A stretch of DNA of 63,761 nt, the filler included, from Chiloscyllium plagiosum (Eukaryota): NCBI RefSeq assembly GCF_004010195.1. It is 4 parts of one record of this genome, joined end to end, with 100 filler letters (N's around TTAATTAATTAA, not from the genome) between each part and the next. Parts side by side here need not be neighbours in the genome. Positions count along the whole stretch, not along the records: positions 39,131 to 58,292 come from NC_057714.1; 3 more parts are not named here. One strand, 5' to 3'. Under the pieces are notes generated by a model. That model was given only the letters and a program-made list of their open reading frames with translations, was not told the DNA's origin and searched no databases. A program made the position numbers and the translations under genes. Below are positions 39,400 through 51,185 of this stretch, piece by piece. Each line of letters begins with the position of its first letter. Position 1 is the stretch's first letter.

Positions 39400-39536
39400 G
39401 AGGAAAGTTTGTCTAGCAGGCTAAGATAAAAGGTAGGGAGGATGGACTTGGAGGGGCTTTGGAAATGCGATAAAAGTCCCTCCCCCAAGTCCCTCCTCCC
39501 TACCTTTTATCTTAGCCTGCTGGACAAACTTTCCTC

Positions 39537-39572
39537 ATTCCTGAAGAAGGGCTTATGCCCGAAACGTCGATT
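39537..39572 (+). ncRNA. Minimal hammerhead ribozyme
   Basis: attc-CTGAAGA-a-gggc(ttat)gccc-GAAAC-GTC-gatt. Predicted cut after 39568. Confidence 0.75.
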
Positions 39573-40192
39573 CTCCTGTTCCCTGGATGCTGCCTGACTT
39601 GCTGCGCTTTTCCAGCAACACATTTCCAGCGCTAATTACCTTGCTTTGCCTTCCTAATTGCCAACTGAACCTACACATCCGTTTTAACAGAATACTGAAC
39701 TAGGACTCCTAAGCTCCTTGTGCTTCAAATTTCTGAAGCTACTTAGAAAATATACCTTTATTCTTCCTACCAAAGCCATAACCTCACACTTTGTCGCATT
39801 ATATTCCATTTGCCCCTTCTTTACTCACCTTCCAAGCCTGTCCAATTTCTTCCACAGCCTCCCCACCTTCTCAGCACTACTGTCCCTCCAGCTACCTTTG
39901 TGTCACTTGCAAATTTAGCAACAGTACCCTCAGTTCCTTTGTCCACATCATTAATATATAACATGGATAGTTGTGGTCCCAATACTGACCCCTGTGGAAA
40001 TCCACTAGTCACCAACGGCCACCCTGAAAAGGATTTCTTTATCCCCACTCTATGCATTCAGCCAGTCACCCAATCCCCGAGCCATGCCAGTAATAAGCTA
40101 TTATCTTATTTAGCAGCTTCCTGTGTAACACCTTGTCAAAGATTTCCTAGAAATCCAAATAGATCACGTTCGCTGACTCTTCTTTGTCTAAG

Positions 40193-40487
40193 AGTGGCAT
40201 AGTGGCTCAGTGGTTAACACCACAGCCTCATGGTGAGTTTGGTTCCAGCCTTGGGTGCCTGCCTGTGTGGAGTTTGTATGTTGTTCCTGTGTCTGTGTGG
40301 GTTTTTGCTAGTATGCTCCGGTCATCTCCCTCAGTCCAAGATGTACAAGCTGGCTGGATTGCCGTGATAAATGTTGGGTTATGGAGATAGGGTAGGGGTG
40401 GGCCTGGACCTGAGCCTCTCCGGAGGCTCAGTGCAGACTTGATGGGATGAATGGCCTCTTTTGCTACTGTAGGGATTCTATGATTTC
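40193..40487 (+). mobile_element. HE1-like SINE
   Basis: A box gtggctcagtggtta, central gtgtggagtttg, 3' tail actgtagggattctatgatt. Confidence 0.75.
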
Positions 40488-40607
40488 TAACAGATTTGTC
40501 AGGTATGACCTTCTCCTGAAGCTGTGCTGACTCAGCACTATTTTACCAAGCAATTCCAAGACATCTGCAATCTCATCCTTAACAATAGACTCTAAAATCT
40601 TACCAGG

Positions 40608-41157
40608 TAAAAACAATGACTGCAGATGCTGGAAACCAGATATTGGATTAGTGGTGCTGGAAGAGCACAGCAGTTCAGGCAGCATCCAAGGAGCTTTGAA
40701 ATCAACGTTTTGGGCAAAAGCCCTTCATCAGGAATAAAGGCAGTGAGCTGAAGCATGGAGAGATAAGCTAGAGGAGGGTTGAGGTGGAGAGAAAGTAGCA
40801 TAGAGTACAATTGGTAAATGGGGGAGGGGATGAAGGTGATAGGTCAGGGAGGAGAGGGTGGAGTGGATAGGTGGAAAAGGAGATAGGCAGGTAGGACAAG
40901 TCCGGACAAGTCATGGGAGGCCCAGGACCTCCATGTGGGAGGGGGAGTTGGGCCATGGGGCGGTGCGGTTGATTGGTGCGGGTGTCCCGGAGATGTTCCC
41001 TAAAACGTTCTGCTAGGAGGCGCCCAGTCTCCCCAAAGTAGAGGAGACCACATCGGGAGCAATGGATACAATAAATGATATTAGTGGATGTGCAGGTAAA
41101 ACTTTAATGGATGTGGAAGGCTCCTTTAGGACCTTGGATAGAGGTGAGGGAGGAGGT
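40608..41157 (-). mobile_element. PLE fragment (GIY-YIG plus terminus, decayed hammerhead)
   Basis: Minus strand FTCTSTNIIYCIHCSRCGLLYFGETGRLLAERFREH; ttcCTGATGAagggcttttgcccAAAAcgtt. Confidence 0.85.
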
Positions 41158-44100
41158 CACCGTGAAAACTAATGCCGTGAATATCAATTCAGTTCTTCCG
41201 CCATTTCTTAGTTCCCCATTGCTTCTCCACCTACATTTTTCAGTGGTCCAACGTTCACTTTTGTCTCTTTCTTACCTATTAGATATCTAAAAAAAAGAAA
41301 CTCCTGCAATCTTATTTTATATTACTAGCTAGCTTACTTTCATATCTCATCTTCTCCCTCCTCATTGCTTTTTTTGAAGTTATCCCCTGTTGGCTTATAA
41401 GGGCTTCCCAAACCTTTGGCTTCCCACTAATCTTCATTGTATGCTTTTTCTTTTGCTTTTATGCAATTCCTGACTTCCCTTGTCAGTTATGGTTGCCTTG
41501 TCCTCCCCCTAATGTTTCTTTCTCTTTGAGATGAATTTTTGCTGAGCCTCCTGAATTACCCACAGAAACCCCTGCCATTTCTCTGTCACTGTTTTCCCTG
41601 CTATGCTCCCCTTACAATTAACTCTGACTTATCCCTCCCTCATGTCTTTGCAATTAGCTTTACTTAATTGTAATACTGTTACATCTGATTTCAGCTTCTC
41701 CCTCTCAGATTGCAGGATGAATTCTATCATATCATATTATGAAGGAACTCCCGAGGGGTTCCCTCGGCTTAAGCTCTCTCATCAAGTCTGCCTCATTACA
41801 AATCATGAAATCCGGAAGTTCTTGTTCCCTACTGGGCTCCACCACAAGCCACTCCAAAAATCCATCCTGTAGATACTCCACGAATTCCCTTTCTTGGAAT
41901 TTGCTAACAACCTGGTTTTCTCATTACACCTACATACTGAAGTTCCATCTCTCTTACATGCCTTTTCTATCTCCTGATTTATTTTCTTCCCCACATCCTT
42001 ACTACTGTTAGGAGGCCTGTACACAATTTACATCAGGGCCTTATCTCCTTTGCATTCCTCAACTGTACCCACACAGATTCTACACCTTCCTGCTCTATAT
42101 CACTTCTTGCTGTCAACATAATTTGATTTAATTTCTTACCAAAAGGGCACCTTCACCCCCTCTGCCCACCTGCCTGTGTTTTTGATAGGACTTGTATTCT
42201 TGGTATTTCGTTTCTTTCCCTGATCCCCTTGCAGCCATGAGTTTGTGATACCCACAACAACATACACACCAATTTCAATGTGCACTACAAGCTCATGTAC
42301 CTTGCGTTGTACACTGTGTGCCTTTTAGTACAACGCCATCAGTCCTGCATTGACTGACCCCACTTCTCATTGTTGTTCCCTCATCCGCTTTGCCTGAAGT
42401 TTGTTTCTTGACCCTTTTCATATTTTTGATCCTGTTACCTGTTCTGGAAATTTTAATAGCTGCTGCTGAGCCCACCTTTTTCCATAATTTTCCATGTGAC
42501 CGAATCCAATCTTCCACTATTTAATTTTAAGGCTCAAGTAGGGAGTGGCATCCTCTTATTGAAGGGCAAGGGTACACATTGCAGAATTCAGTTTTTTTAA
42601 ATCTCTTGTAACCGCTATTCATAGTCCAGTTCAATCTAATCAATGGTAACCCTCTGGCCACTGCTGGTGGTGAATTCCAAAATGGCAGTACTTTTAAATG
42701 TTAAGAGAAAGTCACTAAACTGCAATTTCCAATAAAACAATCTGTCTGGCTTGTGAGAATATGCACTGTAGCCTTTCAAATCTTCTCAAGTTCAACTATG
42801 GAATGAGGGTAAAGAAATCACAAACAGTGACACAGGCATCCTACGACTGATCAAAATACATGTTAGCAAATGTCTGTGTTACACTAATATTTAATTGTGA
42901 CTACTAATGTTTTGTTCCAAAGTCAATGAAGAAACAAATGATTTGAAGACGATTATGATTCTGCTGAGGACAATTGTTTTTTTACCATGGTGTTTCCTTG
43001 ATTCATATACCCAATTCCTACAAAAATATTGATTCTTCACTAATTTTAATCCTTGCATAAAGTCCAAGTGAACCAAACCATTTCCTTCTCATTCCTGAAT
43101 TCCCAGTCTATGTATAACATCCCGACACAAAACTTTAGTCGAGGTGAAATATTGCTCAATTATTGCTTTGCATTTATCATCCCAACAAAAATACCATTTA
43201 CTATCAAATTTCAGCTGGAGACAATGTCACACTTCAGAATTTTTTTAAATGTAAAAGGTATGTTTTTGAACAACGGAGTTACAATTCTGTTTCAATTAAA
43301 TCTTCCTTTGACTGAATTGCCAAATAAATGATTGAACAGGCTACAGTTCAAGGATTTTCTGACTGCCCATTATTTTTTGTCTAATATTTATACCTTTATC
43401 CTTGTTTCAAGAATAACATTTCTTGGGAAATTAGTTGCATGTTTCTGATTCAAGAATACAATTAGGAATATAAGCCCAGTTGAAGAACAGAGTAATGAGT
43501 ACTTATCTTGAAGAAATGAAAGGCCTTTTGTTTATAGCTACTTTTACTGGCACTATATATGTCAGAATTTTAAAAATCTGGTATTTAACAAAGAAGCAAA
43601 GTACAGCAGTTGCTAAAGATCTGAAGTAAAAACAGAAAGTGCTGGAGTATTTTGACCCACTGGAACAGTGTGTTGGAAATCAAGGTTCACTATTCCTGGA
43701 GTCATTACAAATGTGGAAATTTGGTTACAACATCAAAACATTCCAATTTTAATGAACTGTCTAATTCAGGTTGAAAGAATATGCACACCAGATTTTACTA
43801 TTAACAAGAAAATAATGATTTATTGTAATCAAACATTTTAACCAATGGAAAAACAAATCATGAATTGCTCGCTCTAGAGCTTCAACTCTAGTCCTTTCTG
43901 AAATTCCCATACACATACAAACAGACACACAGGAACAAGACACAAACATCATGAATGGGGAAGGAATAAAATGTCTGGAGTACATTCCTGGCACCAATCC
44001 AGATGTCAATGAATTGTTTTTGTTCTGATCCCTTTGATGCCTTCCAAATCTTTGCTGATGATACGAGGTTGTTGATATATTGATTCTCAGTTTTTCATTC

Positions 44101-44671
44101 ACTGGTTGAAGTTTCACACTTTCAGTACCATCTGGAAGTGGTTTTCCTCTTTTAATTTCAACAGGAGATTTGCAGAATTGATGGAACCAATTGCTTCTCC
44201 ACACAGAAATGAGACAGAAAGACATAGATGCTTTCTTATTGCAGGCTGGATTTTTCTTGAGTATTGTTCACATCCAAGGCTGTAACCAATTAATCTTGTG
44301 GTTATTATTATGCTGAGACGTCCTGAGTCCACAATGACAAGTGCTTGTTGAAAAATGAATCAAAAGAACGACCCTGGGCAAAATTGCCTGACTACACATG
44401 TACAGTGCTTTCTTTTCTGGAATTTCCCCTCACTGTTCTAATAAGACAACATAGTATATACAACTCATGATGTGTTCCAGTAATTTATTTTTAAAACTGT
44501 GAACATCATCTTGCACAGTTTCCTGGGTTTAAAGCATTATATTTTCTAATTTTTCAGACTCAATCCAAATACACTGGGTGGAGGAATTCAGCAAGTCTGG
44601 CTCAATATGATTTCGGAATTTCACAATTGCAAATTATCACAAGTAGCGGAGCATGGAATTGATAGGAATTA

Positions 44672-45800
44672 CCGTATATACTCGTGCATTAGGTTGAGTT
44701 TTGAAGACCTTTTATTAGCTGCAATTAGGGGGTCAACTTATACATGGGGTACTGTTTTCAAGGGGATGAAGTTCATCCTTGGTATGAGTCAAAAAATGGA
44801 TAAACAAGAGCCAGATCTCTATATAAAATAGTAAACAACAAAAGGAAAAAGAACTATGGCCATTATTGAATAATTATCTACAAAATAACTGTCTCCATTC
44901 TGCTTGCTACGGGAGAGTGTAAGAGTGGCTCCACCCATACTTGCAGGGTTTCGTTCAAGACCTACTGTGGAAGCATATCTAAAGCTGTTCTGTATATAAG
45001 TTATATAACTTTTACCGTATTTAATTTTTAGAATTAACTTGAGATGTAAGGAAATCCTAGGAATTGTTCTAATAGTTGCGGCAGATATTATGCAGCAGAA
45101 AGACTTGCAACTAAATCAGTCATATGAAGGCATGCTGCTCTCAAATCTCTTGTAACTTTTTTTATTATTTGTGTTTCTTGGATATCAGCAAAGTTAAACA
45201 AAGTAAAATGGCCCCAGCTTTTACAAAATGCTAAAACAATTCTAATACTTTCATACTCTATATTGATAATATCTATAGTGGTTGAGTATAGGAGACAAGG
45301 TGAAGAAAAATGTTTGTACTCAAGTCTTGATTGTCACTTGCATTTCATCTTCAAGTAGTAATAAGTTTTTAATTACTAGTGAGAGAAAGACAATCACAAA
45401 CAAGTCAATATCCATACAGTCATTTCAAATGGAAAATTTACCTTCCAGGCAGCCTCCTGGAACCTGGTTCTGGAATGTTCCCTGTTATATGCTCATGCCA
45501 GTAAACTGCGGGTAACTGAAACCATGGACACTGACTCCGCGGATTACAGTAACTCTAAAGACCTGGAGTGGAGCATGACGGCTGGTGTTTTGGAAGACCC
45601 AGACGGAGCGGTATGGCCAGCAGACTGGAAAGCCAAAGTGGAGCACAACAGGCTGACACACTGACTCACAAATGTTGATCTGTAACTGTGAAGAACTAGG
45701 GTTGACTTATACACAAGGTATATGGAAAATGCAAGATTTTTTGGCCAAAAATAAGGGGTCAACTTATAGATGAGACCAACCTACACATGAGTATATACAG
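44672..45800. mobile_element. Non-autonomous Tc1/mariner (pogo/Tc2-like) DNA transposon with TA TSD
   Basis: TA|CCGTATATACTCGTGCATTAGGTTG ... CAACCTACACATGAGTATATACAG|TA; subterminal ggg(t)caacttata repeats at both ends. Confidence 0.85.
44922..45550. mobile_element. Possible Tigger-like element nested inside the above
   Basis: Ends agtggctccacccatacttgcagggtttcgttcaagacc and gtaactgaaaccatggacactgactccgcggat resemble Tigger-type termini. TIRs decayed. Confidence 0.45.
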
Positions 45801-46454
45801 TAAACCACTTGTATAATTAATGTGGGCTACAAAACAGGAAAAATAAGATTATACAGTTAAAAAAGGTTGTTGATTCTTAAAGCATTTTTATCCTTTCCTT
45901 AAACTGACTGAATTGTTCTCCAGAGAGCCAGTGTGGACTCAGTTGGCTGAACGGTCCCTTTATGTGCTAAAATAATTTCATTACTCTATGACTCCAATGA
46001 CAATTAAGAATCACATCGAACTGTTAACACAGAAGCTAAGTCCATTGTATAGCGTACATATATTGGAATGACAAGTTGATCACCCATGTTCTGAATTTTT
46101 AGCGAACAAGTTCAAAGATAAGAAACACCAATTTTTTATGATCCATTGCTTAATTAGAACATGACACAACAAAAATGTAAATAACGTATTAACTTGATGA
46201 ACCCTAAAAAACAAAATTACAAGCATATATTGTCAGGTCAATTTGCTGATGCTTAAATGCACTATCACATCAGATATTCTGCAGCTGCTTAAATGACCCT
46301 TGTTAAATTTATTCATTGATTTGTATATTGTAGATTAAGTAATTTGTTTATGAGAATTGGAATAAAGAGTGCCTCATTCTGTTGTCTTGATTTGGTAAGG
46401 AAAGGTAATTCTGCTTTCCTCTTTTCAACCTCACATCTGGATGCAATGAAGAAT

Positions 46455-46765
46455 GGTGCCTCAGTGGTTAGCACTGCTGCCTCACAGCGCCAGGGACCCC
46501 AGTTTGACTCCAGCCTTGGGTGGCTTTCTGTGTGGAGTTTGCTCATTCTCCCTGTGGGTTTCCTCCAGGTGCTCAGGTTTCCTCCCACAATCCAAAAATG
46601 TGCAGAATAGGTGATTGGCTATGTTAGGTTGCCCACACAGTGTTCAGGGATATGTAGGTTGAGTGCCTTTGTCAAGGGTTAAACGTAGGGGAATGAGTTT
46701 GGGTGGGTTAATCTCCATAGTGGACTTGTTGGGCAAAGGGCCTGTTTCCACACTGTAGGATTGAA
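46455..46765 (+). mobile_element. HE1-like SINE
   Basis: ctcagtggttagcactgctgcctcacagcgccagggacc; same family as 5433-5720. Confidence 0.85.
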
Positions 46766-47294
46766 TCTTTGTTCTTTTTGTTCTTTTTTAGTGTTCAGAT
46801 ACCTCACTCCAATCTAATTGTACTTAACTAGTTCATGCCAATCAAAGAAGGAGTCATTACAAGTTTTCTTGAATGAAAACAAGAGTAATTTTATTCCTTG
46901 TTAATCTTGAGGACAAATAATGCAACATCAAACAAACACAACAAATAGATATAAGGCTAAAAATGGAGTAGTGCCCAGTGGAAAAAGGAAGATAAAGGAT
47001 ATGTGGTTAAACAGCCTTGAGGTATACTGTATGGTGTTAGCTTTTAACCTGAGACCGTGGTTTACTAGGAATAGAGATATTGTAGATACCTTTGTAATTT
47101 TAGTGTGTGGATGTTTCTCGAATGTTTGATTTCACTGAGTGATTTTCAGTCAAGAGCTTGTGAGAGGGAAAGGAGAGGGAGTGAGAGTCTTCTCAATTTC
47201 AATAACAAATACATTTCCTCTGCAACTGCCTAAAACATTTACTTGAAATATAGTTCATTCTTTTATTCATGTGTCTAAGTTAATCATCTACAAG

Positions 47295-47632
47295 CTGGAC
47301 TAGTCACTGGGCTAGTAATCTAGAACCAGCCCAAGCTAATGTCCTGAGGACATGATTCAAATCCCACCATGGCTGATGTTGAAATTTGACTTCAATGAAA
47401 ATCTGGAACAAAAAGCTCCTGTAATGGTGACCATTTAACGATTATCAATTGTCATAAGAAAATCTGGTTCACTTATGCCCTTAAGGGAAGGTAATCTGCT
47501 TTCCTTTCCTGGTCTACCCACATGTGACTCCAAACCCATACTGAAGCTAATGTAATTGTAGTAATTGCAAATAAGTGCTTACCTAGCAAGCCATATCTGC
47601 ATTCCATATATGAATAAACTTTTTAAAAAAAA
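47295..47632 (+). mobile_element. tRNA-derived SINE with LINE-type tail
   Basis: gtcactgggctagtaatctag..gattcaaatccc (B box); ends gaataaa..A run. Confidence 0.65.
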
Positions 47633-47689
47633 AACTGGATAAAATTGTAGGTATTTTCTTTTGCATCTTCAGTTGTGAATTTTTCATGA

Positions 47690-48053
47690 AGGGACAAGAC
47701 ATCCATCTTAGGACAAGCCAAACAGAAATATACACGAGAATTCCTCAAAGCATGACATTCTAACTGGAACTTTATCAACAAATACATCGAGTTAGACCCC
47801 ATCTACAGATCCCCTGAGAAAAATAATAGGTCACCAAAAATAATAGGACATTACCATAGGAAATGACATCACCAACCCAAAGAAACCCAAACATATAAAT
47901 AGAAAGCAGGAATCATGTGCAGTGCTTTGCCTGGAGGCCCACTGAAGATGTTACCTAGTAGGGTGATGAAACGTCTGGAAATGAACTTCCAGCTAAGTGA
48001 GCAAACCTACATCCAGAACGTCAACCTGAGCTACAAATCTTCTCAAAATTTGC
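47690..48053 (+). mobile_element. PLE 3' fragment related to 1-335
   Basis: DKTSILGQAKQKYTREFLKA*HSNWNFINKYIELDPIY; shared gagctacaaatcttctc end. Confidence 0.8.
47939..47978 (+). ncRNA. Minimal hammerhead ribozyme with GUC site
   Basis: cca-CTGAAGA-t-gttacc(tagtag)ggtgat-GAAAC-GTC-tgg. Predicted cut after 47975. Confidence 0.8.
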
Positions 48054-48897
48054 TAAGGTGTAACTCAGCCAAGAAATACTGGTTTCCTCATGTCTGACTG
48101 GTTTCAGTCTCTTTTGATAAAAAAAAAGTTAATTTCAGTTCATTGTTTATGATTGCACGAAGCTTAGATCAACCTGTGATCAAAGTGGTTACTTTAACCA
48201 TTTTCAAGTCACTGCTTTTCCTTTCTGAAGCCATTTTAATCCATGGCAGTCCTAGATCAGATGAAGGAATTTGAAAATTGATCGTCTATATTTTGATACT
48301 ATCATAGCAATATTCACAGCAGTTTTAGTGGTATGAAGTTAAGTGCAATTAGACAAATAATGAATAACATCAGTGCAAAATTCTTATAAATATGTCTCAA
48401 AAAACATTTAGAGAATTCCAGAAACATTTTCATTTTTGCTACATAAATGTCAGAATTTCACTAAACTGTGAACCAATATTGGAAAATAAATCACAACCTT
48501 GCTCCTAAATGTTCCCACAATTCTGAGGAATAGTACACACTGTGAGCTACTGTGGGCTTCTGGTTTCAGTTGTATATTATCAATAAATTACTACATCATT
48601 TCAGTATGCTCTTCACTGAACAGCTGCTTCATTTCACGCCAATAATTAATAACACTTGAAATATTTCACCTTATTGTCAGCCAAGTAAAGATTTTCAACT
48701 GAATCACGATTCATGGATTGCCTGTATCTTTGGGTGAGAGGTTTCATGCAAGTTGAAGAAAAATGCCGTTTGAAGGGAAATGGCTAATTACAGAGATTTT
48801 TTAAATGGCAGGAAACCTTTGTTCTCTGGCAAAAAGCACATTTCACACACACACACAACTTTTTTTTTACAAGTGGAATTATTGTCACATGTACAGG

Positions 48898-49172
48898 GAC
48901 ACATAAGTACAGTGAAAAGTGTACAAATTGCCATTTCCAGCACCATCATAGGTACAAAGATAAATGTGTTGCTGGAAAAGCGCAGCAGGTTAAAGCAGCA
49001 TCCAAGGAGCAGGAGAATCTACGTTTCGGGCATAAGACACATAAGTACAGTGAAAAGTGTACAAATTGCCATTTCCAGCACCATCATAGGTACAAAGATA
49101 AATGTGTTGCTGGAAAAGTGCAGCAGGTCAAGCAGCATCCAAGGAGCAGGAGAATCTACATTTTGGGCATAA
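48898..49172 (+). repeat. Tandem duplication, period about 138 bp
   Basis: gacacataagtacagtg...gggcataa starts at 48898 and again at 49036. Confidence 0.92.
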
Positions 49173-49299
49173 GCCCTTCTTCAGAAAATGCCCGAAATGT
49201 CGATTCTCCTGCTCGTTGGATGCTGCCTGACCTGCTGTACTTTTCCAGCAACACATTTTTCAGCTCTGATCTCCAGCATCTGCAGTCCTCACTTTCTCC
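49101..49299. mobile_element. Fold-back PLE-terminus insertion, 14-bp TSD
   Basis: taggtacaaagata at 49087-49100 and 49300-49313; arms aatgtgttgctggaaaag / cttttccagcaacacatt. Confidence 0.88.
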
Positions 49300-50639
49300 T
49301 AGGTACAAAGATACCCAAGTGTTAAATCTTAGGTATAAGTTAGAAAAATAAAGAAATAAAAGTAGAAGTTCAGCATTACAGTCCTTCTAAAGCAGGGAGT
49401 CCATGCTGGGCTTCCATGAAGTCGGGAGGCCATCCAGTCTATCCCTGTTTGGCTTTCTCAAGGCTGAGACTACCTCGAGTCTGTGCTATTTCAACTGAAG
49501 CCATCTGAGGAAAAGAGGCATGTAGAGAGAAAAAAAAGAAGAAAAAGAAATAAAAAGAAAAAAAGGAAAAGAAGGAAAGAAATGGACTGAGGAGACGGGC
49601 TCTGGCTTAGGCATCTACTACGCCACCATCTTGTTCCAGGTTTTTAGCATCATATAAAGCAAGAAAGGTGTTTGAAAATGAAGTTAGACAGAATAGATAC
49701 TGCGCTCAGACGTAGTTCCCATGTGGTCTTAATGTATATTTATACACTTATATGCAGTCCCTCAATCTGGCTTTACTGAAGGCATTGAACTGGGTTTTAA
49801 TATTTAGGAGCATAAAAAAAAGGGAGAGAATGGGGGTGAGGGTGAAATTTGGGAAATTGAGAGTGCAAGATTGCATCTGGTTTCAACTTGCCAATTACTG
49901 TATTTAAATGTAATGTTTTGGGCAGCTTGCAAGCAATCCCCTTGGGGCAGGTGGCCTGTCAAATCCAATATGTTAATTGTACCATTACTGTGACATTAAC
50001 ACGACTTTTTCAATTATCTGTAGGTCTACGGATTTGCCAGGCTTCCTGAAACTTGCCAAGGTGAGAACACAGCAACGGTTGAGGAGGCAGACACATACAC
50101 AGCAACAGAAACTGGTCAAATGCTTTCTTGCCTGCTCGGTTTTGTTCATAGTACTTATGCTAGAATGTTACATTGACAACTTTTGGGTTACATTTACAAC
50201 TTTAGAGGTTTTTGTTCTTTAAGATAATGGATTCATAGTCACATTAGATTCATTTTACTGATGTTGCACACAGGCCATGGATGCAGATACATCTGTGCCT
50301 GAACTTCCTAAAGTCTTAGAAATTATACCTGACCGTATGTAGTTATACTAACTGATATCATGTAATCAACATTCTCATAAGTGAAGACTCATAGTTCCTT
50401 GTCTATAGGTGTTACAGTGGTTTATCATCCACTGTTAATCCTCAGGCCTGAGACAAAGCAAGAACAAAAGACAACTGGTTCCAGTGAACTACTTCACCTT
50501 GCCTAGAACTTCCTACAGGTACCACAGGATATCAGGAGTAGTCCTTGGGCAAATACCACTGTTTTTCTGTTTGGAGCCCTGATCTCAGATCAGCTTATGA
50601 TGTTTTAATTTGGAATTCAGATGTTTAGTGACATAGGCA

Positions 50640-51000
50640 GCAGTGCAGAGAGCAGCATGAGGAAACACCAACAGCTTGAGCAATACTTGAAGGAACAGCA
50701 ACAGCCTGTGCAGACCTCCATCTTTACAGGAGGTGACAGATCAGCAGAGACATGCGGTTCCCATCAGGTTATACCTGCTGCACAGGATACCCAAGCAGAA
50801 AAAAAGCTTCTTCAGTAAGGGTGGTTTAGAAGACGTAGGGTCTTGTACCAGGTGATGAGCAGACATTTGCACCTTGCTGAAACAGGCTCTGCTGCCAAGT
50901 AGGACTAGTGGACACACTTCAGTGACAACCATCAACATCATCGTCCGTCTCAGTTTCATTTGGGATCCTGCCTGCTGAAAAGATTTCCAGAATTTTGCTG
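50640..51000 (+). pseudogene. Possible Harbinger transposase N-terminal relic
   Basis: Q-rich stretch, then FRRRRVLY and a segment weakly similar to 16690-16990. Confidence 0.3.
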
Positions 51001-51064
51001 TCAACTAATTAAAACAGTTGTCTGAGGGCTTGTTTTCCAGTGCTGACAATTTGTCATCTTTTCT

Positions 51065-51185
51065 ATAGAATTCTTACAGTGTGGAAACAGGCCCTTTAGC
51101 CCAACAAGTCCACACCAACCTTCCGAAGAGTATCCCACCCAAACCCATTCCCCTACATTCACCCCTGACTAATGGACCTAACCTA
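51065..51185 (-). mobile_element. HE1-like SINE 3' fragment
   Basis: acagtgtggaaacaggccc..cccaacaagtccacac matches 5455-5497. Confidence 0.75.

Larger units (their letters stand above)
39131..39630. repeat. Three PLE terminal-repeat units: two tandem (minus, 180-bp period) and one inverted (plus)
   Basis: 39138-39295 is repeated at 39318-39470; 39476-39624 is the reverse complement of the first unit. Confidence 0.9.
39632..42340 (-). mobile_element. CR1 ORF2 (endonuclease plus RT) with nested SINE and PLE
   Basis: [38 protein letters not shown]. Confidence 0.9.
48860..49635 (-). mobile_element. Non-coding retroposon-like element (aagatgg head, Rex1-like tail, poly(A))
   Basis: Minus strand starts caagatggtggcgtag; ends ttttcactgtac..gtacatgtgacaataa..A9. 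Confidence 0.45.

Noticed and set aside
43761..44225. 154-aa minus-strand ORF
   Set aside because: No domain-like composition; includes simple-repeat-derived residues.
44540..44670. Acceptor-like ttttcag followed by open frames
   Set aside because: No recognisable product and it runs into a DNA transposon.
46455..46520. tRNA gene
   Set aside because: A/B boxes belong to a SINE head followed by SINE body; no cloverleaf.
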